A program made the position numbers and the translations under genes. A model generated the notes under the pieces. It was given only the letters and a program-made list of their open reading frames with translations. It did not search any database and was not told the origin of the DNA. DNA of 64,000 nt, from positions 5,952,001 to 6,016,000 of the forward strand of contig JBHGNT010000002.1 of NCBI GenBank assembly GCA_043228905.1. The letters run 5' to 3'. Of the stretch, positions 38,701 to 48,800 are shown piece by piece. Numbering within the stretch: position 1 is the first letter of the stretch; every line of letters begins with the position of its first letter. The DNA is from Azolla caroliniana (taxonomy: Eukaryota; Plantae; Polypodiophyta).

Positions 38701-41066
38701 CGTTATCCGCTCGTATCGCTTTCAGCTTCTTGCCGGATTCCCTTTCCACTCTCGCATGGAGTTCTTTGAAGACGGACAACACTTGGTCCTTTGTCTTCAT
38801 CGGTGCCGTCCACAGTTTTCGGCTATGATCATCGATGAATGTTACGAAGTACTGGGCTCCGCCATGTGACTTCGTGTCTACCTGACACACGTCAGTGTGC
38901 ACCAACTCCAATGGTGCGCTACGTCTCGTCGGTGGCCTTGAGTGGAAGGAGGTTCGGTTTTGCTTACCGGCCAGGCAGTCGGTGCACTTCTCCAGGTGCA
39001 CGTGCTTCGCTGGGATGAGGTTGTCTTCTGCAAGCCTCTTCATCCCCTTCTCACTCATGTGGCACAGTCTTTTGTGCCACAGCTCACCGGCAGTGTCGGT
39101 TGCCACATTCAGCTCTTCCGGACATAACCGGGCATTCATCAGGTACAGTGTGTTGACCTTCCGGGCCCGAACCACTATCAAGCTCCCCTTGCTGAACTTC
39201 ATGACACCGTTCCGGATGCTACCCGTGTAGCCTTCATCATCTAGCCTCCCGGCCGAAATCAGGTTCAATCGGACCTCCGGAACGTGTCGGACATCTTTCA
39301 GCAGCATTTTGCATCCGGTCGAGGTTGTCAACCACACGTCTCCTATGCCGGCAATCCGGCACGTACCTTCATTTCCCATCCGAACACAGCCATGCTCGCC
39401 GGCTGTGTAGGATGAGAAGTATCTTCTCTCCGGGGTCAGGTGGAACGATGCTCCGGAATCGACCACCCAGGTCGTCTCATCGCCGGCAACGTTTAGCTCA
39501 CCTTCTTCGGTGATGAGCATGATTTCTTCCTCACTTGCCGCGAGTGCCGTTGTTCCTTTCCGGTCTTGCCCTCGCCGATCCGAACCTCTCCGGTCCGTGG
39601 CTCCCCGGTATGCACCGTTTCTCTCCGGTGACTTCTTCGAGTCGGTGTCGTCGGCTCCGTTGTCTTTTCGGTAATGCCGACAATTCTTTCGGAAGTGCCC
39701 CGGCTTCCCACAGTGGAAGCATGTGGGCCTTCCTCTTGACTGCGACCGGGTCCCCGACTTCTCCCGTCTTTGCGGACTCCGGTTCCATTGTCTTCCCCGA
39801 TCCGATTCGGTAAACAGCATCTTCGGGTCGGAGGCCGGTTCCTTATCTCTCCGACGCGCTTCTTCATTCAGAATACTTGTCTTTACAGTTTGTAAGGACA
39901 AGTTATCTTCGGTGCACGAGGTGCTGAGAGTCACCACCAAGTTCTCCCAGCTTTCCGGCAATGTACACATCAGGATGATGGCTTGCATTGCATCCTCCAA
40001 CGGGAACTTGATCGCCGCAAGCTGGTTCACGAATCCCATGAACGTGCTTACGTGTTCCACCATACTCTCGCCGTCCCGATACTTGAGATTCACAATCTTC
40101 CTCATCAGGGAGGTCCGGTTCAACGCATTCTTCCTCTCATAGAGGCCAGACAGCTTCTTCCACATCTCGTATGCGTTGGTGTCGTTCGCCACATGTTGCA
40201 GGACGCTTACGTCGACATATTGTCGGATCGTCGCTACGGCTTTCCGGTTCAGGAGCTTCCACTCCGACTCAAGTACCCCCTTCGGTATTTCCGACCTGTC
40301 AATCGGTTCGTACAGGTCCCGAACAATCAGAAGATCCTCCATCTTGATCTTCCAGTCGGCGTAATTCTGTGCATTCAGCACCATCATCATCGGCTGCCCG
40401 CTGCCGCCGCCTTCCATTTTCTGCAACAGTCGCTCTGATACCAGTTTGTAAGGAATAGGCCCTTCTATCCACCTTCTTATCTCGGCCACAACCGATTAAT
40501 CGCGGATCAATGGAGCAGAAAATAGGAAACACATGTAGAAACAAAACGAAGAAACGCGAGTACACAAGGATTAACGTGGAAAACCCTAAACGGGGAAAAA
40601 CCACGGGAGTACAAGACTCCAAACAACACTATACAGAGAAGTATACAATGACGAGCTCCAAGGCGACGACCTTGAGCTCGCTGTCCTCGCCACAGGCGGC
40701 GGAAATACACAGAGGCGTCTACCTCGTTCTCTCTCGCGCTCTCTCTCTTTCTCTCTCTCACGGCTGCTCTCTCTTCACTCCTCTAAAGTGGAAAAACAGA
40801 AAAATGAGAAGCAACAGAAAAACTGTTTGCCCTAAGTCATATTTATACTTATATGACTTTGGGCTATTTACAACTATAGCCTCAGGGGGCTCGTAGCGAA
40901 CATATTCACGGATATGTCCCTGCATCCGGATCGCTCTCCGGGTACATTCGTCATCCGGCACCGAAGCCGGGGTCTTCGTCATCCGGATCCGAAACCGAAA
41001 CCGGGCTTGTCGGCATTCATCTCCGATATCCGACCATCCCATCCGAAAGGGACCGAAATCCCAACA
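35711..41066 (-). mobile_element. Copia C2, structurally intact
   Basis: 620-bp LTRs at 35711-36330 and 40447-41066 are nearly identical; TSD GTTTC. iMet PBS at 40432-40443; PPT at about 36331-36341. Confidence 0.97.
36341..40417 (-). CDS. Copia gag-protease-integrase-RT-RNase H polyprotein, uninterrupted
   Basis: Single ORF from MEGGGSG with CCHC knuckle, DSG, HHCC-like and DDE integrase motifs, YVDD and RNase H. Confidence 0.96.
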   Translation of the reverse strand: MEGGGSGQPMMMVLNAQNYADWKIKMEDLLIVRDLYEPIDRSEIPKGVLESEWKLLNRKAVATIRQYVDVSVLQHVANDTNAYEMWKKLSGLYERKNALNRTSLMRKIVNLKYRDGESMVEHVSTFMGFVNQLAAIKFPLEDAMQAIILMCTLPESWENLVVTLSTSCTEDNLSLQTVKTSILNEEARRRDKEPASDPKMLFTESDRGRQWNRSPQRREKSGTRSQSRGRPTCFHCGKPGHFRKNCRHYRKDNGADDTDSKKSPERNGAYRGATDRRGSDRRGQDRKGTTALAASEEEIMLITEEGELNVAGDETTWVVDSGASFHLTPERRYFSSYTAGEHGCVRMGNEGTCRIAGIGDVWLTTSTGCKMLLKDVRHVPEVRLNLISAGRLDDEGYTGSIRNGVMKFSKGSLIVVRARKVNTLYLMNARLCPEELNVATDTAGELWHKRLCHMSEKGMKRLAEDNLIPAKHVHLEKCTDCLAGKQNRTSFHSRPPTRRSAPLELVHTDVCQVDTKSHGGAQYFVTFIDDHSRKLWTAPMKTKDQVLSVFKELHARVERESGKKLKAIRADNGGEYRGQFQEYCRSKGIRLEFTVPKTPELNGLAERMNRTIMERVRSMLAHAKLPKGFWAEAMSTATYVINRSPSVPLDGDTPQRVWTGKEVSYRHLKVFGCLAYVHVAKDRRGKLDPKTRPCIFLGYGDDEFGYRVWDPVDKKIFRSRDIIFMEDKTLADWESEKKMKSSKSIGEDQLYEEQSRPARDRLTLEDPAEDGEETEPAEEDENDTGTGPDPEMDSDVEEESEEPVTEAPERRYPLRERRAPRRFPEPEHVLLTDEGEPESFEEAKHDTQSRRWLSAMQDEMDSLHENHTYELVELPKGKRALRNKWVFKLKPGDAGNPPRYKARIVVKGFQQKKGVDFDEIFAPVVKMTSIRTVLSIAASMDLEVEQMDVKTAFLHGDLDEEIYMQQPEGFEKKGKEHLVCRLKKSLYGLKQAPRQWYRKFDSFMTDEGYLKTQSDHCVFVKKFEGGDFLILLLYVDDMLIVGRDQVKIRMLKKALHRTFSMKDLGPARQILGMHIIRDRKKKQLWLSQEKYVTKVLQRFNMSEARPAGSTLPANCKLTSKQSPKTKAEKEDMMEVPYASAVGSLMYAMVCTRPDIGYAVGVVSRYMSNPGKEHWNAVKWILRYLKGTANVCLRFGSGKPELEGFTDSDMSADADTSRSTSGYVMTYAGGAVSWQSRLQKTVALSTTEAEYMAAVEAGKEIIWMKDFIRELGIRQEEYRLYCDSQSAIHLAKNAAYHSRTKHIQRRYHWIRERIEDKEFVLTKIHTDENGSDMLTKVLTPDKLEACRKRIGLERHPMPK

Positions 41067-42185
41067 GTTTCATGGATAGAGATTTTGCCCAAAAACACCA
41101 AATATCCTTGCATATACTTCCTTGTCCAGTTTCCGTAGTAGTGATTGATGGACGCCCCATAGCTTTCGGGAAGATATTTGAAGAATCTGAGCCAATACAC
41201 ATACTCTTGGGTGATTTAGGATGTGTAGTTTCCTTTAACATAATCCGTAGTCCTGAGCATCCAATTGTCCTCGGTTTGCCATGGTTTGAGCTACATAACC
41301 CTAGAATTGATTGGAGGAAGTGAGAAATTAGGTACCCTTTAGCAGAAAATATCATTGTCAAGGATCGAACTCGGGATTATCCTCCCAAAGTATATAGTTC
41401 TACCGATGCACCATATCCTTCTCATCAAATTTCAGCCATCACATTGCAACAATTGCACCAAGTGGGAGGCAAGGAGGACCTTTTCTTATTTGCAGTATCA
41501 TTGACACCTTCTAGTGTCACTCAAGGGAATTCAAACATCCAAATTCCCAAAAAATATCAAGACTATGCTGATGTTTTCGACAAAGTCAAAGCTAGTGTTC
41601 TTCTAAAGCATCGGCCGTAAGACTGTCCTATTGATCTCCAACCAGGAAAAGAGCCTCTGTGGGGTCCGATTTACAATTTATCACCCACTGAGCTTGAGGT
41701 TCTTCGAGCATACATCGAGGAAAATCTTGCACATGGGTTTATTCGACATTGAAAGTCTCCAGCTGGTGCTCCTATCTTTTTTGTGAAGAAAAAGGACGGC
41801 TCCCTTCGTTTGGTCGTGGACTATCGAGGCTTAAATAAAGTCACCATAAGGAATAGGTATGCTTTACCTTTAATCTCCAATCTCTTAGAACACATTGGTG
41901 GGGCAAAGCATTTTACCAAAATTGATCTAAGGGGTGCATATAATCTTGTTCGAATTCGTCTGGGAGATGAGTGGAAAACAACATTTCGTACTCGGTATGG
42001 TCATTTTGAGTATACAGTTATGCCTTTCGGGCTCACAAATGCACCTGTCGTATTCCAACATATGGCAAATGACATCTTCTGAGATTTCTTGGATATTTTT
42101 CTAATCATCTACCTAGATGATCTATTGATTTACTCTAAAACACAAGGGGAGCATGATATACATGTGCGGCAAGTACTTGAACGCC
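41067..42185 (+). pseudogene. Element A protease C-half and RT
   Basis: [33 protein letters not shown] and YLDD motifs, with several stops. Confidence 0.9.
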
Positions 42186-43094
42186 TGTTAATCGGCTAAT
42201 TACTAACTACTACTGATACAGAAGAGTGAACGTCGCTACTCAACGTTCTAACAAGGAATTGTGTTTTACGAACGGAATTATGCTATATTAATCGGTAATT
42301 ACCGTGATCGTTACTTAGTTATAAATTAGGAAGCTTGCACTTAAGATCATAAACAATAGAAGGAACACAGAATCCGTACAAGATATTCCTAACTTAAACT
42401 TATATTACTAAATAAAACGACCTTTCTTACAATGCCTTCGGTTCCCTTTTATAGGTATACCGAAGGTCTTTTCTCATCAAGAACTATTCCTACTTACTAT
42501 CAAGATTTACAAAATTATCTAACTAACTTAGTTCTCTTCGTTTACTGCTGAGTCATTGATCCGAACAGTCGATCCGAACCGACTCTGTTTTCGACGCTTT
42601 CCCACTTGTTCGGTAAAACTGACTGTCCGGGTCCGGGTAACACTTGGCACGTCCGTGGGCCAGGACCTTGTCCAGCGAACCCACGCCTATTCCTGTAGCT
42701 CTTCATCCGAATCGTTCAGAATATCAAAAATCGAAGGCTCATCTGGCCTTGGATGTATTCCACCTATATCTTCCTCTTCATCTTCATCTGTGTCACAGTC
42801 GTCCTTCGGAGCAGGTTGTGATTCGGTTGGCTGCTCTGGTTCGCTTCTTCCGGAAGCTTGAATACCAGGAGTCTTGCTGGTTCTTTCGGCTTCGATTTTA
42901 TCCAACAGGACGGAAGTGCCTATATCATTTTTGTCGAATTCTTGCATAATACGTTGAATTTCTTCTCTGTAAAATGCCGCAATTTCGTCCATATCTTTCA
43001 TGATATCCTCTTGGATATTGTCAATATCCTTTTGTGCCATTTAAAAAAAACCTGCACCTTGGACCTGACGGTTATTTTTGTCGGCACGCAATAA

Positions 43095-45347
43095 CTATAA
43101 TTCCGCCGCTTGTGCTGTCCATAACTTCCATCCTTGCGCAAGGGATTCATCGATCATTTTCTTTGCTAGGTTTCGATGTTTCCCTATGATGTGCTGCACT
43201 TTGTCCCTAGTGATGCTTGCGACGTATTGGGCGGTCTGCAACTCTTTCTGTAAATCCGTAATAGTGGTTCGGTTCTCACTTTCAGCTCGCATTAGTTTGG
43301 ATTCGACTACATATATATCCAGCCGTCTTTGTTCCGATATCTTCCGAATTTCGTCCAGTTGTTGTTCGAATGCCGATTTCTCTTTACTCCATTCCTCCTG
43401 CTGTTCCGTCATTCTTCTGTTGACTTCTTCAAGACTCCGCTCTTTTTCTGTCAATTGACTTTCCTGTGACACTATATACCTTTCGAATTCTTCAATTTGT
43501 TCGGTATATGTATGATTGGCCGTCTTAGCTTCTTCTAGATCTTTCTGTAATTCGTTTATTACTTGATTTTTTTCTTCGAGAACTTTGTATTGACCATTCT
43601 GAATGGTTTCTATTTGTTTTTCTAATTCTGTAGTTCGAAATACAGCATTGTTGGCCCTTGTTGTTTCTGCTTGATGTGCTTTCTCAGCGTCCTCCAATTT
43701 CTGCTGCCATTCTGACTCCGACACCATAAGCCGTGCCTGTGTTTCCCATTTGTTTAGACTTTCCTTTAGTTCTTTATTTTCTGCCTGTATGTTACAAAAC
43801 TGATGTTTCAGCACCTCCGCCGATGCTGATACACTTTTGTATCTTTCAGCCATATCACTGGCTTCTTTGCGTACCGTTTCATATTCTTTATGAATTTCGA
43901 CCAGTGCTCCATGTAATGGTGGCATTTCAATAGCCTCCCCTTTATTCTGTGCACTTCTTTTCCGGCCTATTTTTTCTATCTCTGCTTTTTCTTGAGGTTC
44001 CAACACTCCTCGTAAGGCTTTCTGTATCATTATTCGGTCATTATGTTCTTGAGCCAGCCGTTCTGATACTTCTGTCAGTCTTTTAGCCAACCATTCAACC
44101 AGTTCGTATGAAGTTCCGAACTGTAAAATGGCAGCTAATTCATGTGCTGCTGGTGGGATATCCAAGTACCCATGTGCTTCCCGAATTGCTACTTTTGAAG
44201 ATTGTCCTTGGTGAGGTTGTGTCGAAACGCTCTCATTCCCTGGTTTTAGTACTTCTGTTACCACAGGCGTATTCGAATTTTCATTTGTGCGTTGCCTTTT
44301 CGGTGCTGATCCCTCACTGTTTTCTGGTTGGAATTGCCGATTAGCCTTTTGTTTAATCTTTGTTCTTTGTCGCATCTTCTCTGCTTGTTGTCGATTTTCT
44401 GTCGGCTGTTGCTTGTTTATCAAATTGTCAACTGTTTCTTGTTCTGCTGCTGGTTGCCTGTTTTCGGAATTCTCTGGTCTTGGTGGTTCCGACTGAGGCA
44501 TATTTGTTTGTATATTATCGGCATGTGCCGATTCTTCTTCTATCCATTCTTCATGTACTACCTGTCGGTGTCTTCGTGGTGCTTGTACTATCGGTGGTCT
44601 TCTTGCCTGAACAGGAGTTTCCGATTCTTGAATCGGAAACAATACTGATAACCAACGACCAAAAATTTGCTTCATCGGTTTTCCTGTTTTTACCCCTTGT
44701 AGCTGCTCTCTCAGAGCTTCCCCCGACAATAGTGGCCAGTTGAAATCCTCTTTTTCGTATGCGGCTATGATAAACCCAGCCCTTTTTTTCGGCATACAAT
44801 AAAAACGAGGACTGACAAATCCCACCTCTAATAAAAATCTAGCCACTTCATGAAAAAACTCATCCCGACCTCCATAAGTCTGATATGCTTTTGCCGAGGG
44901 TGAGTATTCCCCGAAATACGATTGGAGTGCTTCTGATGAAGGTTTTTTAACTGCCTCAAAGCCCCCTCTTGGCATCTGTAATGCATTTCGTATTTTCTTT
45001 GTGGTGATTTTGGTGATGTCTATTTGTTGTACCAATTCTTCCGCCTGCGAATGAGGTTCCGCTTCTGCTACTTTGATGAAACCTTGTAAGTTTCTCTCAT
45101 GAAGCCACAATCGCAGTTCTTCAGATACAGGAATCGGCATGACTTCTGTGTTTCCTTGTTCTGAATCACTTGTCGATGACAGTTGCAGATCTGCACAGTT
45201 TCTGTAGCGATGAAAATCAGAAAAACAGAGTTTGGGCGAACTAGGGCACGAAGGAGGCTCAGACTGTTTCGATATCTGCACTCGTTTCTGTTGTTTTGGT
45301 GACACAGACGATACAGAAATATGCTTTAAAGATATTAACTTATGCAT
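43095..45347 (-). CDS. Element D accessory ORF3 (globular N-domain, disordered linker, long coiled coil); probably once extended to 42687
   Basis: 750-aa ORF between the integrase and the 3' LTR. Acidic ORF 42687-43040 follows a stop and an A-run. The true start may be MPIPVSEE. Confidence 0.75.
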   Translation of the reverse strand: MHKLISLKHISVSSVSPKQQKRVQISKQSEPPSCPSSPKLCFSDFHRYRNCADLQLSSTSDSEQGNTEVMPIPVSEELRLWLHERNLQGFIKVAEAEPHSQAEELVQQIDITKITTKKIRNALQMPRGGFEAVKKPSSEALQSYFGEYSPSAKAYQTYGGRDEFFHEVARFLLEVGFVSPRFYCMPKKRAGFIIAAYEKEDFNWPLLSGEALREQLQGVKTGKPMKQIFGRWLSVLFPIQESETPVQARRPPIVQAPRRHRQVVHEEWIEEESAHADNIQTNMPQSEPPRPENSENRQPAAEQETVDNLINKQQPTENRQQAEKMRQRTKIKQKANRQFQPENSEGSAPKRQRTNENSNTPVVTEVLKPGNESVSTQPHQGQSSKVAIREAHGYLDIPPAAHELAAILQFGTSYELVEWLAKRLTEVSERLAQEHNDRIMIQKALRGVLEPQEKAEIEKIGRKRSAQNKGEAIEMPPLHGALVEIHKEYETVRKEASDMAERYKSVSASAEVLKHQFCNIQAENKELKESLNKWETQARLMVSESEWQQKLEDAEKAHQAETTRANNAVFRTTELEKQIETIQNGQYKVLEEKNQVINELQKDLEEAKTANHTYTEQIEEFERYIVSQESQLTEKERSLEEVNRRMTEQQEEWSKEKSAFEQQLDEIRKISEQRRLDIYVVESKLMRAESENRTTITDLQKELQTAQYVASITRDKVQHIIGKHRNLAKKMIDESLAQGWKLWTAQAAEL

Positions 45348-45520
45348 GATGACTTAAAGAATAGTAATTGCTATTAATGTAGGAATTAATTAGTATTCAC
45401 TCTACGTGTAGTGGTTGTACTCCTTACTAATAATCATGCAATTCCTCTTTCTATTTATAGTCGATTCATACTGTTATGGCAAGATTGTATTTCTGCATTT
45501 GACAAGAACTATTGAGTGAG

Positions 45521-45880
45521 TTAGTTAGTTTTTTTTTTTTTTTTTTTCTCTTCCGTTTGAATAAACGGATTTACCGGCATATCTCCCAAATACGGTTTAA
45601 GCTGAAATCCATTTACCCATTTCGGTAAAACCTCTCCGGTTAATGATCCCAGTTGGTACGTACCATTTTTACTATTAATTATCCATACTGGACCTGTCCA
45701 TCTATACCGGAGTTTCCCAGGCATAAGTCCCATTCTCGTCTGGAATACCAATACCGGTTTCCCAATTTCGAATTGCTCTTCCGATTTCCTTCGATGTCGA
45801 TTTACGAATGCCTTGATTTGTCTCTGCTTGTGTTCTAGTGCTGACATTGATTGAATCCGTTCTTCTTCTAATACTAATAA
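45521..45880 (-). pseudogene. Element D integrase C-terminus
   Basis: GKLRYRWTGP...VNGFQLKPY; joins the 51280 segment across C3. Confidence 0.85.
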
Positions 45881-48800
45881 TGTCGTAATTCCGTGCTCGG
45901 CCACAACCGAGGAACAGGATCGATTCACAGAAAACGGGAAATACAACAATGCACGAAAAACAATAGAGAGAAGGGCACACTGGATGTTTTACGTGGAAAA
46001 CCCTACATGGGAAAAACCACGGGAGTGCAATACTCCAACTATCACTATACGCGGAAATGTACAATGGCGAGCTGCAAGGCGACGACCTTGAGCTCGCTGT
46101 CCTCGCCACAGGCGGCGGTATTATGCAGAGGCGTCGACCTCTTCCTTCCTCTTTCTCTCTCACTCTCTCTCGGCTGCTCTCACTTCGCTCCCTCTTAGTG
46201 GAAAACAGGAAAAATGAGCAACAACATAATCTGTTTGCCCTAAGTCATATTTATACACATATGACTTTCGGGCTATTTACAAGTATAGCCTCAAGGGCTC
46301 TTGGCAAACATATTCTCAAATATGTCCCCGCATCCGGATCTCCCTCCGGGTATCTTCGTCATCCGGCTCCGTAACCGGGGTCTTCAGCATCCGGCTCCGT
46401 AGCCGGTGTATTCATCATCCGGCTCCGTAGCCGGGGTCTTCGTCATCCGGCTCCGTAACCGCAACCGGGCTTGCCGTCATTCATCTCCGGACATCCCATT
46501 CGGAGGGACCGAAATCCCAACAAACTCCCCCTTCACTTCGGCAAGGGATGTCTCTCCAATCCGATCCTCTTCCGGCATGCTTCCAGCTTGTAGGGTGTGA
46601 GCACTTTGGTCAGCATATCTGAGCCATTCTCGTCCGTGTGGATCTTCGTCAGCACGAACTCCTGGTCTTCTATCCTTTCCCGGATCCAGTGATATCTTCG
46701 CTGGATGTGCTTCGTCCGGGAGTGATAGGCCGCGTTCTTCGCAAGGTGGATGGCACTCTGACTGTCGCAGTAGAGTCGGTACTCCTCCTGCCGGATACCG
46801 AGCTCTCTAATGAAGTCCTTCATCCATATCATTTCCTTGCCGGCTTCAACAGCCGCCATGTACTCCACCTCCGTGGTTGACAACGCAACCGTCTTCTGCA
46901 GCCTCGACTGCCACGAAACAGCTCCCCCTGCATACGTCATCACATACCCTGATGTGGACCGGTTGGTATCTACATCAGCCGACATATCCGAATCGGTAAA
47001 GCCGTCGAGTTCGGGATTACCGGAGCCGAATCGGAGGCACACGTTTGCCGTGCCCTTCAGGTATCGGAGTATCCACTTGACCGTGTTCCAGTGCTCCTTG
47101 CCGGGATTGCTCATGTACCGGCTCACCACTCCGACTGCGTATCCTATGTCCGGTCTTGTACACACCATTGCGTACATCAAGCTTCCGATGGCAGAGGCAT
47201 ATGGTACTTTCATCATGTCCTCTTTCTCAGCCTTTGTCTTGGGGCTTTGCTTGTTGGACAACTTGCAGTTTGCCGGGAGAGTTGATCCGACCGGTCTTGC
47301 TTCCGACATGTTGAACCGGTGAAGCACCTTTGTTACGTACTTCTCTTGTGACAGCCACAACTGCTTCTTCTTCCGGTCTCGGATGATGTGCATCCCTAGT
47401 ATTTGACTCGCCGGACCCAGGTCCTTCATTGAGAAGGTTCGGTGAAGTGCTTTCTTCAGCATCCGTATCTTGCCCTGGTCCCGTCCGACGATCAACATGT
47501 CGTCCACGTACAGGAGGAGTATTAGAGAGTCTACTCCTTCGAACTTCTTCACAAACACGCAGTGATCGGACTGCGTTTTGTGGTACCCTTCGTCGGTCAT
47601 GAAGGAGTCGAACTTCTGGTACCATTGCCGGGGAGCCTGCTTCAGTCCGTAAAGACTCTTCTTCAACCGGCATACCAGGTGCTCCTTCCCTTTCTTCTCG
47701 AATCCTTCCGGTTGCTGCATGTAGATCTCTTCTTCGAGGTCACCGTGAAGGAATGCCGTCTTCACGTCCATCTGTTCTACCTCGAGGTCCATGCTTGCCG
47801 CTATGCTCAGCACCGTCCGGATGGAGGTCATCTTCACTACCGGGGCAAATATCTCGTCGAAATCGACGCCCTTCTTTTGCTGGAACCCCTTCACCACGAT
47901 CCTGGCTTTGTATCTCGGGGGGTTTCCGGCATCTCCCGGTTTCAGCTTGAACACCCACTTGTTTCGTAGTGCCCGCTTTCCTTTTGGCAACTCCACAAGT
48001 TCATATGTGTGGTTCTCATGCAGGGAATCCATCTCGTCCTGCATGGCACTCAACCACCTGCGGCTCTGGGTGTCATGCTTTGCTTCTTCAAAGCTCTCCG
48101 GCTCCCCCTCGTCGGTTAGCAGCACGTGCTCTGGTTCCGGAAATCTCCGGGGGGCCCTTCTCTCTCTTAGAGGATATCTCCGTTCCGGAGCTTCAGTAAC
48201 CTGCTGCTCCGTTTCCTCTTCATCCGAATCCATTTCGGGATCGGGGCCGGTTCCGGTATCATTTTCATCTTCTTCGGCCGGTTCTGTTTCTTCATAGTCT
48301 TCGGCCGGATCCTCGAGTGTTAACCGGTCCCTTGCCGGTCGGGACTGCTCCTCGTAGAGTTGATCCTCACCGGTGGACTTGGAGCTCTTCATCTTCTTCT
48401 CCGACTCCCAGTCGGCGAGTGTCTTGTCCTCCATGAAGATGATGTCTCGACTCCTGAATATCTTCTTGTCGACCGGGTCCCATACTCGGTAGCCGAACTC
48501 GTCGTCGCCGTAACCGAGGAATATGCATGGCCGGGTCTTTGGATCTAGCTTTCCTCTCCGGTCCTTTGCCACATGCACGTATGCGAGACACCCGAACACC
48601 TTCAGATGCCGGTAGGACACTTCCTTACCGGTCCACACTTTCTGCGGCGTGTCTCCGTCCAAAGGTACTGAGGGTGATCTGTTTATCACGTATGTCGCCG
48701 TCGACATTGCCTCAGCCCAAAACCCCTTGGGTAATTTCGCATGCGCCAGCATACTCCGGACCCTCTCCATTATGGTCCGGTTAATCCTCTCGGCCAGCCC

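Noticed and set aside
36356-40438. Many antisense ORFs over Copia pol (also over C1 and C3)
   Set aside because: Shadow ORFs of a GC-rich coding strand, recurring only because the copies are similar.
43095-45347. Envelope gene or captured myosin/SMC-like host gene
   Set aside because: No transmembrane segment. The coiled-coil resemblance is compositional, and the ORF lies inside D's LTRs.
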